Notes: generated by a model not told the origin, from the letters alone. Shown: positions 19,727 to 30,120, numbered from the stretch's first letter. The stretch is DNA of 64,000 nt from Pseudomonadota bacterium (GCA_043823065.1 JBDRBB010000006.1:96001-160000), one strand, 5' to 3'. Program-made: numbers and translations.

Positions 19727-19798
19727 GGGCGATTAGCTCAGCGGGAGAGCGCTTGCTTTACACGCAAGATGTCACAGGTTCAATCCCTGTATCGCCCA
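19727..19798 (+). tRNA. tRNA-Val(TAC)
   Basis: Cloverleaf: gggcgat acceptor, cttgc-tttacac-gcaag anticodon arm, GGTTCAATCC; no encoded CCA. Confidence 0.95.
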
Positions 19799-19860
19799 CA
19801 TAAAACAGTTTAAAGTTGAAAGATTAAAGTTTTTTGTATAAGTTGTCGTTCCTGGTAAGC

Positions 19861-19932
19861 TTGTCATTCCCGCGAAAGCGGGAATCTACAGTGTTTAAAT
19901 GGTCTGGATCCCTGCTTTCGCAGGGATGACAA
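19861..19932. repeat. Palindromic REP-like doublet (GTCATTCCCGCGAAAGCGGGAATC type)
   Basis: ttgtcattcccgcgaaagcgggaatc..ggatccctgctttcgcagggatgacaa. Confidence 0.85.
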
Positions 19933-19949
19933 CATAAGGTGCTGTAAGC

Positions 19950-20023
19950 GGGGACGTAGATCAATTGGTTAGATCGCCGCCCTGTCACGGCGGAGGTTGC
20001 GAGTTCGAGCCTCGTCGTCCCCG
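19950..20023 (+). tRNA. tRNA-Asp(GTC)
   Basis: Cloverleaf: ggggacg acceptor, ccgcc-ctgtcac-ggcgg anticodon arm, GTTCGA; no encoded CCA. Confidence 0.95.
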
Positions 20024-20042
20024 CTCACAGCATTTAACCTTT

Positions 20043-20068
20043 AAGGTCGCAATTTGCGACCTTTTTTT
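20043..20068 (+). terminator. Terminator after the tRNA pair
   Basis: aaggtcgca-att-tgcgacctt followed by a T-tract. Confidence 0.75.
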
Positions 20069-20678
20069 ATTCCAATTGCTGGGAAAACCAGCCGCCAGTG
20101 AGGGCATCTAAATTAGCGGTTTCTTGCTCAAAAGTGATTTGTTTTAAAAAGAGTTGATGTTTAAGTTTAGGGTTGTTTTTTTGCTGTTGGTTGGCTTGGC
20201 TTAAAATTGCTATTTCACCCAGAAGTTTTTTTCTTTCATAATAATGTTTATTTACAATTTCCAAGAGCAGATTGCGTTCGCGCATAATTTTCAAAGCCTG
20301 TTGGGAAACAGCCAAAGAATCTCGGCTAAATAGTAATTCATTGAGCGACCACACAGCCCGCACACCAAAACTCTGATATAAATCTGAGCCTTCGCTGTAG
20401 CCACTTTCTTCAGGACCGACCACAATGCCGCTTGAGCCAACATAGACATTATCATCTATATTTACATCTACCAAATTTTTGACCCGATGGGAATAATCTG
20501 CCTGAAACCTGGGTAGCAAGGCTGAAATCCTGGCTCGTTTCTTCCACTTCTGAGGTTCTTGATTGTCAAAGCCAGCATAGTTAAGCGCCTGCTGCTGCAC
20601 CTGCCCAATTGGCGGAGCTTCAGCAAAATCTGGCTGGGCTGAGATTAAACCCAAAATAGCAAAAATGATCATAAGCAT
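20067..20678 (-). CDS. Exported hypothetical protein, weakly TolC-like
   Basis: Signal peptide after ATG 20678 (GGAG SD); ALLPRF..VRAVWSLNELLF..ANLDALTGGWF. Confidence 0.65.
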   Translation of the reverse strand: MLMIIFAILGLISAQPDFAEAPPIGQVQQQALNYAGFDNQEPQKWKKRARISALLPRFQADYSHRVKNLVDVNIDDNVYVGSSGIVVGPEESGYSEGSDLYQSFGVRAVWSLNELLFSRDSLAVSQQALKIMRERNLLLEIVNKHYYERKKLLGEIAILSQANQQQKNNPKLKHQLFLKQITFEQETANLDALTGGWFSQQLE

Positions 20679-20694
20679 ATTGCTCCAAATACAT

Positions 20695-20710
20695 AGCAAG
20701 GCTTATGCCA
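20695..20710 (-). promoter_or_regulatory. sigma54 -24/-12 promoter
   Basis: TGGCAT-AAGCC-TTGCT. Confidence 0.7.
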
Positions 20711-20799
20711 TTTATCAGATCTATATTTTTTAAGGAGTTATAAATTTAGGAAATTTTTTGCTGCTCAATTTTGGGACACAACTGACGAAAATAAAGCAA

Positions 20800-22707
20800 T
20801 TAGGCATCTTCAATTTCTTGGTGGGCTAATTCTAAATCATTTTCTAAAAACTCTGCCATATTTTGCATCTCTAACAAAGCAGTTTCAATATCTTCCGGGG
20901 TTAATTCATTGTTGTCTGTAAATTGTTGCACAAGATAGGTAACCCCTTCTCGAAAATCTTCATCATTTTCCATGAGATAAGCAAAATAACCAATACCAGC
21001 TGCTGCAGCGCCAACACCCACTGCTGCAAAAGCAGCAATCGCGCCCAATACAACCAACACCGGCGCTGCAGCTTCAGCACTTAAGGCGCCGCCTATTGCC
21101 ATTACCGCAGACCTGGCCACGCCACTAATTCCAGCTTGCACTAAACGCTGACCAGCGCGAATGGCCAAGTGTTCAAGCATGATATAAATAGTAGCGCTGG
21201 TAATATTAAACATGGAACGATCTGCTCCAGATTGGGGGACATTAATACCCAACCTAGACAACCCAGCTTCCACTGGATCAGCAACCATGGGAATACCAAC
21301 CGCAGCCATACCAAGACGAACCAATGAAATAAAAGAAGCCCTGGGCACTGGCATACCAGCACGCGTATAACTGCTAACCATGGTGGCAAATAAACCAGCA
21401 GTAATTGAAGTATGCACAGTATCTTGCCCAGCCTCTGGCATTTCTTCGCCAGTCACGCCGCGATAACTTGCATTGGCAGCTAAGGGACCAAGTTCTGGCA
21501 AGGCCAATAAGCCATAGGTGCCTGCCACGCGGCCACCATTGTTTAAAAAACCAGTCACCCGTCCTAACACTGGTGGTAGTGTTTCAACATATCTAACATT
21601 TGTATTTAAAATACGTGGCCTACCGGTATCAAAAACCCGTTCCAATCTATTTCTTATGTCCTCTAGAGCACGCGTATGGCGACGAATTCTGCGTTGTTCC
21701 CCTTGATGTAACTCTGGAGGTTCAGGGCTTTCGTCTAATAGTTCCACTCTCCTGTTTATTCCATCATCACCATTAGATCTTTGCATCCTGCTTCTGGCTG
21801 TCAAAAATTCTCCTAACATGTCAGACGTGATTTCAAATTGTTGTGTTTCAATGGAATTTATCCTGCCAAATCTGGCCAGATTTTCATTATAGATTCTTAT
21901 TGCTGATCTTAAGGCTTGATCGCCATTAGAACCTTGGCAATAAATATCAAGTTGTCTGGAAACCTCTCTGGCTGCAAATTGAATATTGCTAAAACTCAAA
22001 ACCAACTCCGTATTTCGCGTTAAAACATCAAAATTGATATTTTTTAATGCCCGATCAATAGCTCGCGGCTGGACAAGACGATGAAACAAATCTCCAATTT
22101 GCCTTGGGTGACTTGATCTGTTGCTTATAGCATTTCTTATAGCATCTGCAGTTTGCATTCTCCCATTACTAGCTTCAGATAAATCATTGACATACCTATC
22201 TCTGGTTATTTCATGCAGGTTTGACCTTCTGTTTCTTCTAGTATTTATTGGAGTTAAAAAATCAGCTACATCTCTTAAATCACTTAATACCTGTTCATGC
22301 TGTCTTAAAGACCGCATAAAATTAACCCTATTTCCATTATTATCTGGATGGCGCAAATAGTTCTGCCACGCCTGATTCAACTCCTGTCTGGATTGCTCAT
22401 AATAATTACGAAAATCAGCATTAGTAATGCCATTACTTGCTATATCAGCTTCTCTATGAGCACGAATAATTCCTATTAGTTGATACATATTTAGGGCATC
22501 AAGACGTTGATTTTCATTTTCCTGATTAGGATTGGCAAAAAGATTTAAGGGATTTCTGGCAGGCACTAAAACATATTCAGATTGATTTTCATCTGTGGAT
22601 TCTGGCTGGGGATTAACCCAAGGCAAAGGAGAAAATAAGATGCGCGCAAATTCTTGCGGATCTCTGGTGGTTGCTAAAACTCTTAATTGATTTAAAAAAT
22701 CACCCAT
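20800..22707 (-). CDS. Lysine-depleted orphan with a long C-terminal hydrophobic Gly/Ala region
   Basis: 635 aa with 1 Lys; GGGAGA SD. Confidence 0.85.
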   Translation of the reverse strand: MGDFLNQLRVLATTRDPQEFARILFSPLPWVNPQPESTDENQSEYVLVPARNPLNLFANPNQENENQRLDALNMYQLIGIIRAHREADIASNGITNADFRNYYEQSRQELNQAWQNYLRHPDNNGNRVNFMRSLRQHEQVLSDLRDVADFLTPINTRRNRRSNLHEITRDRYVNDLSEASNGRMQTADAIRNAISNRSSHPRQIGDLFHRLVQPRAIDRALKNINFDVLTRNTELVLSFSNIQFAAREVSRQLDIYCQGSNGDQALRSAIRIYNENLARFGRINSIETQQFEITSDMLGEFLTARSRMQRSNGDDGINRRVELLDESPEPPELHQGEQRRIRRHTRALEDIRNRLERVFDTGRPRILNTNVRYVETLPPVLGRVTGFLNNGGRVAGTYGLLALPELGPLAANASYRGVTGEEMPEAGQDTVHTSITAGLFATMVSSYTRAGMPVPRASFISLVRLGMAAVGIPMVADPVEAGLSRLGINVPQSGADRSMFNITSATIYIMLEHLAIRAGQRLVQAGISGVARSAVMAIGGALSAEAAAPVLVVLGAIAAFAAVGVGAAAAGIGYFAYLMENDEDFREGVTYLVQQFTDNNELTPEDIETALLEMQNMAEFLENDLELAHQEIEDA

Positions 22708-22749
22708 ATTCTCCCAACCTCACAAAATAACTAATGTCTTATAATGTTA

Positions 22750-22776
22750 TTTTCGGTTATTTTTGGGAAAAGTTGC
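22750..22776 (-). promoter_or_regulatory. sigma28-like promoter
   Basis: GCAACTTT-N11-ACCGAAAA. Confidence 0.6.
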
Positions 22777-22913
22777 GCAAAAAAACCTATGGGAATAATT
22801 TATAATTATATCAAAGAGTTATAACCAGGGGTCAATGCCTAAAATATCTGACTGTAAAAAAACGGAGCAAATTTGCTCTGTCTGACAAAATGTTCTTCCT
22901 TCTATGGCAACAA

Positions 22914-24251
22914 TTAAAACTGATTTAACCATTCCTTGCGCATGGCGCGAGACATTTTGCTGATGCTGGCCTTGTCCTTAGATTTTCTGGAAATCCGGTT
23001 GTAGTGGATATTCATATAGGAGTACTTAAAAATATTGCGTAGGTTCGCTGGCAATCTCTTGAATATATTGCGCACGCTATAGAAATAACAAGTGCTCCAG
23101 TAGCCACCCGCTATAAGTTCTTCCGGTGTGAGATTCATTAATTTGAAGTTTATGTGATGGGCATTATATTTCTCCCAGTCATGGTGAAGTATCCGCCCCT
23201 CTTTTTCCAGGCGAGCAAAAAGAGCTGAACCTGGATACGGCGTGAGATTGGGAAAATTGCCTATAGCAACCTTATTCTTCAGTAAGAACTCAACGGTCTT
23301 TTCAAAACAATATTTATCGTCGTGATCGAATCCAAAGATGATGGATGTGTTAACAATAATACCATGATCCCGGATAATTTTTATTTTCTCAGAGATCTTC
23401 TTGAGATTCGCTGAACCTAATTTTCCGGGCGTATTCACCTTGGTCACCGATTCAATGCCTATAAAAAGCCCCTGACAGCCGGATCGCTTAGCCAACTTTA
23501 AAAGCTTCAAATCCTTCACCGACAGCTCCAGAGACGCCTGACCCACCCAGGCCTTCTTTAACGGAATCAAACTTTCAAACAGCGGATAGGCATGCTCATG
23601 ATTACCCATGATATTGTCATCGATAATAAAGATAAACTTTTGTTTAAGGCCAGCGATTTCATTTACAACATTTTCAATCGGCCTCGTCCGATAATGGTTG
23701 CCAAAAAGATTGGTCACAGAACAGAAATCACAGTTGTACGGACAACCCCTCGAGGTCTGAACAATCGCATGCGAGAGGGTTGTTTTTCTCTTATAGAGAA
23801 GGTCGTGGCGAAAAGGAGGAACTTCTTTCATATCGACGAGCTTGTCGGCCTTATATATCTTTTTTAACTCTCCCCCTTCTGAATCCTCAACAATCTGTCT
23901 CCAGATTAAATCGCCTTCGCCAATCACCGTGGCATCAAAATGTCCGTAAGTATCTTCCGGCCTTACTGTGGCATGGATGCCACCAATTACCGTCGGAACA
24001 TTTCGCTCCCGGTAATATTTTGCAATTTCTATTGACCTCTTTACCTGACAGGTCATGGCTGAAAAGCCGACCAGATCGACACCATCGCGATAGGCATTCT
24101 CCATATTTTGCTCATTTACAAGGAGCACATCGTATGTAGATGGGGTATAGGCAGCGAGAAGGCCAAGCGCGGCACAAGGCGTCGTCTTTCCCTTATGACC
24201 CTTCGTATAATCCTGCGCCGGCGAAATTAGAAGAACCCTCTTTTTTTTCAT
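22914..24251 (-). CDS. B12-binding radical SAM protein
   Basis: GGIHAT, GEGD, SRGCPYNCDFC, FIIDDN, GIES. Confidence 0.93.
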   Translation of the reverse strand: MKKKRVLLISPAQDYTKGHKGKTTPCAALGLLAAYTPSTYDVLLVNEQNMENAYRDGVDLVGFSAMTCQVKRSIEIAKYYRERNVPTVIGGIHATVRPEDTYGHFDATVIGEGDLIWRQIVEDSEGGELKKIYKADKLVDMKEVPPFRHDLLYKRKTTLSHAIVQTSRGCPYNCDFCSVTNLFGNHYRTRPIENVVNEIAGLKQKFIFIIDDNIMGNHEHAYPLFESLIPLKKAWVGQASLELSVKDLKLLKLAKRSGCQGLFIGIESVTKVNTPGKLGSANLKKISEKIKIIRDHGIIVNTSIIFGFDHDDKYCFEKTVEFLLKNKVAIGNFPNLTPYPGSALFARLEKEGRILHHDWEKYNAHHINFKLMNLTPEELIAGGYWSTCYFYSVRNIFKRLPANLRNIFKYSYMNIHYNRISRKSKDKASISKMSRAMRKEWLNQF

Positions 24252-24380
24252 CTGACCTCTCGTAGCTTCTGAATGACTGATAACTAAACAGTTTAGAAAG
24301 TTGTATAAGTGGTGAAATCGTGTTCTGTCAATAGCATTTAGTGGTTAAGATGCAGGATTATGCTTGTCATGATTGGTTTG

Positions 24381-24418
24381 GGGGTCAAGTATTTACTCTT
24401 CACTCTTGCATAGATGCG
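24381..24418. mobile_element. Isolated end of the TIR-flanked Y1 transposon
   Basis: Identical to 25484-25521. Confidence 0.85.
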
Positions 24419-24501
24419 GGTCCGATCAAGGTAAATAGGTTACAAAAAGTACAAAGCACATAGGTAACACATGATAAGATGGCATAGATAAGGAGGTTTC
24501 T

Positions 24502-24698
24502 ATGCCATGGGAGGAACGAAATATCATGAGTGAACGTATGAGCTTTATTAGTCGTTTAGAAACAGGAGAACGAATGACTGACCTATGTCGAGAGTATGGA
24601 ATATCTCTGGAATACTAAAGGAGTGGGAAGCAGGCTTAAGTGTTGGCGAAGTAAGCCGCAAATATGGAGTTACGGACAAGAGTCTTTACAGATGGCGA
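24502..24698 (+). pseudogene. Fused IS remnants: IS481-like N-terminus then an IS3-like OrfA fragment
   Basis: AAGGAGG SD then MPWEERNIMSERMSFISRLETGERMTDLCREYGIS, which stops early; another frame reads ILKEWEAGLSVGEVSRKYGVTDKSLYRWR. Confidence 0.75.
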
Positions 24699-24751
24699 CT
24701 TACAATATCTCTCGTCCGTCTGGTTTTTTTTGTTTTTTTCTTGTTCTTATA

Positions 24752-25144
24752 CTATAACCTTCTTGCTTTAATAGATAGATTTTTTGGATTAAAGGTAAAC
24801 TCAAATAGATTAAGAAGATTCATGCCAATCAGACCATCTATTTGATATTTGGGAGGCAAATCTAGGGCTGCAATTTCTATATTTTCAATTCTTTCATTAA
24901 ATACTTCAATACAAGGGATTACAAGTCTATAACCTTCCTCTCTTCCTATAACAGAGTCAGTTGAAAAAAGTTTTGTAGCATCCTTAGCGCTAAAACCTAG
25001 CGCATCAACTCTGGCCGTTCTAACAATAGTCATTGCTGCGCCAGTATCTACAATAAACCGACCCGTAAAAGATCTGGCCTTACCAAAAATTTTAGCTGAA
25101 ATAAAAGGAACTCCTTTGATAAGCTCATATACTACATCTGCCAT
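24752..25144 (-). CDS. Retropepsin-like aspartic protease
   Basis: FIVDTGA and DGLIGMNLL motifs. Confidence 0.88.
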   Translation of the reverse strand: MADVVYELIKGVPFISAKIFGKARSFTGRFIVDTGAAMTIVRTARVDALGFSAKDATKLFSTDSVIGREEGYRLVIPCIEVFNERIENIEIAALDLPPKYQIDGLIGMNLLNLFEFTFNPKNLSIKARRL

Positions 25145-25380
25145 AACACAGGTCCTATAGGATTTTCTGGAAGAACATCTCCTGTAAAACGAATATCAAA
25201 ATCATTTTCAGGGATAGCTTTTAAGCTAGCCGTAAATTCTGATTCATCAGAGGAGTGGGCAACAACATCGCCTATGATTTCACCAAAAGGAGCTTCTGAT
25301 TCTTTTCTGTAATGCGCAATAGCCACCCACTCATTAGGAAAACTTTTTTTAATCTCTTTCCACGTCATTTTGTTTCCCAT
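25132..25380 (-). CDS. Small partner of the aspartic protease (DUF5678-like)
   Basis: FPNEWVAI..GDVVAHS pattern; overlaps the protease start. Confidence 0.7.
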   Translation of the reverse strand: MGNKMTWKEIKKSFPNEWVAIAHYRKESEAPFGEIIGDVVAHSSDESEFTASLKAIPENDFDIRFTGDVLPENPIGPVLWQM

Positions 25381-25483
25381 AATAAACCTCCTATTTCTTG
25401 GGATATATAAACATATTGCTCACAAAAAAACAATTGGAGATATTTAAGCGAGATGGTGTTTGCCGACAATTTGGGTTTGTTTG

Positions 25484-26503
25484 GGGGTCAAGTATTTACT
25501 CTTCACTCTTGCATAGATGCGTGAATATATTCACTTGCCTCTGGTTTTGTTTTTACTTCAGCACTCATGATTCTAGATATCCGTGCTGGTTTTAGATTAA
25601 ATATCTTTGAGAGTTCATCGTAAGTAAGTTTTAGATACTGCCTGTAGTAATATATTGCCATTGCCCTATTTTGCCGACCAACTAAACTGTTAGCCTGGGT
25701 CAAAGCATTCCAACTTGTATCAAAAGCTTCACATAAGACCTTTTTTAGCTTTTTTGCTGACACTTTTTTTATATTACAATCTCGATATTCCAGCTTTTCT
25801 TTATCTATATCTTTAACAAAATTCCATTTAATCCATTCTTCAAAATTATCGCTACTCAATACTGATGGCCAACTAAATCCATCTAGCCTTTTTTCAAGTC
25901 CTTCTGGAACCTCATTCATCACAAATTCATGTAATCTCAATCTTGATCTATTTTTTCTTTTGCCAAAATAGGAAAGAATATAGTTGGTAGTTAACCATTT
26001 CCTGTCATCACTTCCTAGATAATCTCTATGCGAACTCCATTTGTACTTTTCTGGAAATTCAACTAGGCCTGCTTTTATTGGATTTCGATGAATATAACGA
26101 ATTAACTCAACAAGATATGCATCTTCTTCCACTAGTATAGCTTTATATCGTCCTCGAAATATATGACCATCACGCTGATGTTGACGATTAAAACGCTGGG
26201 TATAAACCCCATTAATATGCCTCATTGCCCTGGAAAGATTAGCAAGAGGTGTTTCAATAAGCATATGATAGTGATTGGGAAGTAGAGCTAAAGCATGTAC
26301 TTTCAGCTCCCAAAGTTTGATTGACTCAACTAGAACATTAATAAAAGTTTCATAATCCTTAGGTTGCGTAAAAATATTCTGGCGAGCATTTCCACGGTTC
26401 ATTACATGATAAAATGCACCTTCATACTCTATTCTTAGTGGACGAGACATATGTCTTGTTTAGATCAATAAATAACAAAAGTAAAGAGTAAATACTTGAC
26501 CCC
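25484..26503 (-). mobile_element. Y1 (HUH) tyrosine-transposase element with 24-bp terminal inverted repeats
   Basis: ggggtcaagtatttactcttcact and agtaaagagtaaatacttgacccc (23/24 match). Confidence 0.88.
25503..26450 (-). CDS. RAYT-like Y1 transposase with C-terminal HTH
   Basis: MSRPLRIE..YHVMNRG, NHYH (HUH), GHIFRGRY, YIHRNP, KWSS. Confidence 0.93.
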   Translation of the reverse strand: MSRPLRIEYEGAFYHVMNRGNARQNIFTQPKDYETFINVLVESIKLWELKVHALALLPNHYHMLIETPLANLSRAMRHINGVYTQRFNRQHQRDGHIFRGRYKAILVEEDAYLVELIRYIHRNPIKAGLVEFPEKYKWSSHRDYLGSDDRKWLTTNYILSYFGKRKNRSRLRLHEFVMNEVPEGLEKRLDGFSWPSVLSSDNFEEWIKWNFVKDIDKEKLEYRDCNIKKVSAKKLKKVLCEAFDTSWNALTQANSLVGRQNRAMAIYYYRQYLKLTYDELSKIFNLKPARISRIMSAEVKTKPEASEYIHASMQE

Positions 26504-26526
26504 TATTTTTTCCCCTATTTTTCTAT

Positions 26527-27744
26527 TTAAGGTAGAAGAGTTAGAATTTGATCAGCACTTATAATATATCCCTTCTTATTTTTATTTAGGTCAAATAATT
26601 TGTGTATGCCACTTTTGGAAACTAATTGTAGCGTAATTTCTGGAGCTAAAAGTGAAGAGAAATATTTTAAACTTGGAGCAGGGAGAACGTCATTTAATTT
26701 ACATTCAACCATCAGCCATGGCTTTTTATCTTTTACCATCAAAAAATCTACCTCTTTCTTCTCTTTATCTCTAAGGTAATAAAGATCAAATGTGCCTATT
26801 CCAGAGTCTGTCCAAAAATGAGCAGCTTTCAATAGATGGCTTGCTACAAGATTTTCAAATTTCACTGCTTCATCTTTTATTTCTGACCAATCCCACAAAT
26901 ATATTTTTGGTTGTTTCTTCAGAGAACGCGCGATTTTTTTATTAAATGGCGGTATCACATAAATATAAAATAGTTGTGATAACCAGTTTATCCATCTTTT
27001 TGTTGTTGGGTGGCTTACTTCCAAATCCTCTGCTAAACTCTGTATTGAGAATGGCGAGCCTATCCGTTCTGGTATTAATGCTGCTGCTGTTTCTATTAAA
27101 GATAATTCATGAGTTTTTGTTAAATCAATAAGGTCTTCTCTGATCACCCTATCTCTTCTCATACGTTGCCACGCATTTAGAAAGTTTTGATCTTTTTTAA
27201 GAAATGCATCTGGGAAACCACCATATTTCATCAGATCTTGGTATATTAATTGGTTTGCAGTTATTACTTCTTCAAGACATTGTTTTAATTTTTCTGGCTC
27301 TGTATCTGAATTACATAATTCTCCTAAAGAAAAAGGATGCAACCTAAACAAAAAATATCTTCCCAGCAAACTATCTCCACCTTTTCTAAAAATATCTAGT
27401 CGTGCGCTACCAGTTACCAAAATGTTGCAAAATTCTTTTCTGGTATCGTACAATCCTTTTAAGTATGATTTCCAGCGAGGGGCTTTGTGTAGCTCATCAA
27501 ATACGATAAGTTTTTTTTCACCAATAGTTTCTGGAATAAATGCCTTAGGGTCTTTTATCCATTTTCGCCTAAACTCTACATCATCCCAATTATAGTAACT
27601 GCCATTTTTATCCTCTGCTAGCAGTTGTTCTGAAAGGGTGGTTTTTCCGACCTGTCTTGGCCCTGTTATAAAAGCCATCTTTCCATTTTTGAATGAAAGT
27701 TCTTTGATGATTTTTTTATATGCAACCCTTTCCATATTGACCAT
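26527..27744 (-). CDS. AAA_14 ATPase with DUF4143 domain
   Basis: GPRQVGKT, FDELHK, TGSA, KIYLWD, EVDF..VECK. Confidence 0.9.
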   Translation of the reverse strand: MVNMERVAYKKIIKELSFKNGKMAFITGPRQVGKTTLSEQLLAEDKNGSYYNWDDVEFRRKWIKDPKAFIPETIGEKKLIVFDELHKAPRWKSYLKGLYDTRKEFCNILVTGSARLDIFRKGGDSLLGRYFLFRLHPFSLGELCNSDTEPEKLKQCLEEVITANQLIYQDLMKYGGFPDAFLKKDQNFLNAWQRMRRDRVIREDLIDLTKTHELSLIETAAALIPERIGSPFSIQSLAEDLEVSHPTTKRWINWLSQLFYIYVIPPFNKKIARSLKKQPKIYLWDWSEIKDEAVKFENLVASHLLKAAHFWTDSGIGTFDLYYLRDKEKKEVDFLMVKDKKPWLMVECKLNDVLPAPSLKYFSSLLAPEITLQLVSKSGIHKLFDLNKNKKGYIISADQILTLLP

Positions 27745-27957
27745 TTTAACGCTACAATTAATTTAGTCAAGACCAAATTAACGTTTAACATTAAAAAGGT
27801 TGTTTAATTTACTTAGGTCTCTATACAACTAAAATAACAACTTGTTATTATTATGATTTTAAGTTGGAAACTTTTGCTCCGTCTGACATTTTCTGACATT
27901 TTTCATTATATCAAAGAGTTATAATCAGGGGTTAATGCCTAAAATGCCTGATTCCAG

Positions 27958-27993
27958 TAAATAACAAAAGTGAAGAGTAAATATTTGACCCCT
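27958..27993. mobile_element. Isolated end of the Y1 transposon
   Basis: taaataacaaaagtgaagagtaaatatttgacccct matches 26469-26504 with 2 mismatches. Confidence 0.85.
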
Positions 27994-28212
27994 TATTTAT
28001 AAGTTATAAGTTAAGTGGCGAAGCAGCCCTTTGTCAATGATGCGTAGTGCTTAAAGGAGATTTTTCAGACGGAGCAAAACGCTTGCTATTCAATAACAAC
28101 TAGCAATTCTTCCTTGATGCGTTGATTAACAGGACGTATATTTTCGAGCATCACAATTATAATGCCGTCCGACTTATTGAGTTCGTGAACGGTTTCTAAA
28201 ACAAGGGAAAAA

Positions 28213-29667
28213 ATGTTTTACGCGATTTACTTTCTTATCAGTCTTGCGCTCTTTTTTTTGTATAACCATACTCAAGACGTTTCCATACTGATTCATTTTA
28301 TACTGGGCCCCTTTATTTATGGTGTCAGCAAATTCAAGATCAATTTCTTTTTGCTCTACTCTTTGCTCCTTTCCGCTCTGGTCTTTATTCCTTGGCACAT
28401 AAAAAGCAAACGCACGATCGTGTTTCTTCAAAGAACGAATTTCATCGCGATCTTCACAGCGCTTCTGGCGAATTTTTCCGGTTTTGTTTTTTTCATCCAT
28501 CGTTTTTCATTGCCCGTTGATAAATTCGTTTATCATTTCAAGGGAACATATCACTCCATAAATTACTTTGCCCACATTCATACCGGCAAAGCCGCATTAA
28601 ATCTTGTATTAAATGTTTTGGGACTGGGATCGCTCAACGAAATATGCGACACTGGAATTGTTTTTGCGGATCATATTGACCCGAAGATCTCTTTGTTATT
28701 GATCTTTTCAGTCGTCCTGACTTTTTTATCTTTTACATTTCTGCTCAAACCGACACTGGAAAAATGGGAATCCGGCAAACGCTATTTCGTTTTTATTATT
28801 TATGTTTTTGCAGGCGCACACATATTGAAATGTCTGGTGGATGGAGGTCTGTTTTCCTATGATCTTCTTCCCTCCCTGATCGCCATTCATCTACTTTATA
28901 ATTCAGGGGAACCCCGCCCTCTTGTTGAATGCTATCGAACATACAAAACATTCTACTATTTCATAACATTCCTTTTTCTGACTATTTGCGCCTATATTTC
29001 GCGCTTAGAATTCCTTCAAACCCTGATAGGATTGGCTTTCATTTCCTCAACATATTTTTTACTCTTTTTACCGTTCATTCCAAACAAAATAAGATCATTA
29101 CGATTCATTTTAATTACCATTTTATGTTCACTTGTAATATTGTTCTATTGGTCAACGCACGGATTGAAGAGAATTGAGGAAATATTCTCTATCCCCGAAA
29201 ACATACACAAGGTTATCAAATTTGATTATCCTGCGCAGGGAAAAAATCCTCACATTTCTGACTTAACGCTTGAAACACAAGGCGTTGATTTCGCCAACAT
29301 TTATCGTAAATCCTGCGACAACCCTTTGCGCAACAGGAACACCGCTATTTTTATTAATGATGAAAAAAAATATACCGGCGCCATTTTCGTTTTGAAAATA
29401 TTTGGCAGAAGTAAAAAGATCCGACTAAAGTCAAACTCATTTATGCATATTGATGAAATGTCCCGCTACTACGGTTACAAAGAAGGTGCTTATCAGATGA
29501 AGGTCACTTTTAATCCTGAATTTTTCCCATCGTTGTGGAGCAAGAATCTGTCAATGCTTTTGCAAAACAATCGTTATTTTATGCTGTTCTATTTGAACCA
29601 TTATTTCTTGAACAACGGCATCACGGAATATGCGATCATCCCGTTCTACTATTTTATGGCTCCGTGA
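28213..29667 (+). CDS. Polytopic membrane protein of unknown function
   Basis: Many hydrophobic segments and a soluble C-terminal domain. Confidence 0.75.
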   Translation: MFYAIYFLISLALFFLYNHTQDVSILIHFILGPFIYGVSKFKINFFLLYSLLLSALVFIPWHIKSKRTIVFLQRTNFIAIFTALLANFSGFVFFIHRFSLPVDKFVYHFKGTYHSINYFAHIHTGKAALNLVLNVLGLGSLNEICDTGIVFADHIDPKISLLLIFSVVLTFLSFTFLLKPTLEKWESGKRYFVFIIYVFAGAHILKCLVDGGLFSYDLLPSLIAIHLLYNSGEPRPLVECYRTYKTFYYFITFLFLTICAYISRLEFLQTLIGLAFISSTYFLLFLPFIPNKIRSLRFILITILCSLVILFYWSTHGLKRIEEIFSIPENIHKVIKFDYPAQGKNPHISDLTLETQGVDFANIYRKSCDNPLRNRNTAIFINDEKKYTGAIFVLKIFGRSKKIRLKSNSFMHIDEMSRYYGYKEGAYQMKVTFNPEFFPSLWSKNLSMLLQNNRYFMLFYLNHYFLNNGITEYAIIPFYYFMAP

Positions 29668-30088
29668 ATTCCTTTGAAACTCCTCCGTTCGCGTCTATGC
29701 GGTAAGTTGCGGTGAACCCGCTCTTGAAATTAAGCAAAATAGAACCGTCATCTTGGTAAAGATTCGCGCTGGGATCCACAAGCCTATTGCGAAGCGTGCT
29801 GTCAATTCTAAGCATATTGCGACCGTTTGCGCCGCCCTGAAAATTAACAAATGTCCAGAAACTATTGACCCGTCTCGAGTAATCCTCCGTTTCAATGATC
29901 AATCTATTAAAATACAGATCTTGAGCTTCCTGCAAAGCGCCGCCTATCGCATTAGCAACCGACAGCTCCGCATCATGCCTATAGCTGTAAAACTTAGGCA
30001 AAGCGATCACTGACAGCACGCCAAGTATCGCGATGACCAGTATCAACTCAACCAGCGTGAAAGCCTTGTTGTATAATCGCTTAACCAT
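29654..30088 (-). CDS. Type IV pilin/pseudopilin-like protein
   Basis: KA|FTLVELILVIAILGVLSVIALPKF prepilin motif. Confidence 0.88.
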   Translation of the reverse strand: MVKRLYNKAFTLVELILVIAILGVLSVIALPKFYSYRHDAELSVANAIGGALQEAQDLYFNRLIIETEDYSRRVNSFWTFVNFQGGANGRNMLRIDSTLRNRLVDPSANLYQDDGSILLNFKSGFTATYRIDANGGVSKEFTEP

Positions 30089-30120
30089 TTTTGTTATGCC
30101 TCAGTTATATGGTAGTGACT

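Noticed and set aside
24585..24845. 86-aa ORF as a real gene
   Set aside because: Read-through of IS fragments into the antisense strand of the protease gene
24306..28054. Patchy similarity taagtgg.gaa..tgtcaat..tagtg.ttaa at about 24306 and 28012
   Set aside because: Too degenerate to assign by eye; may be old element ends
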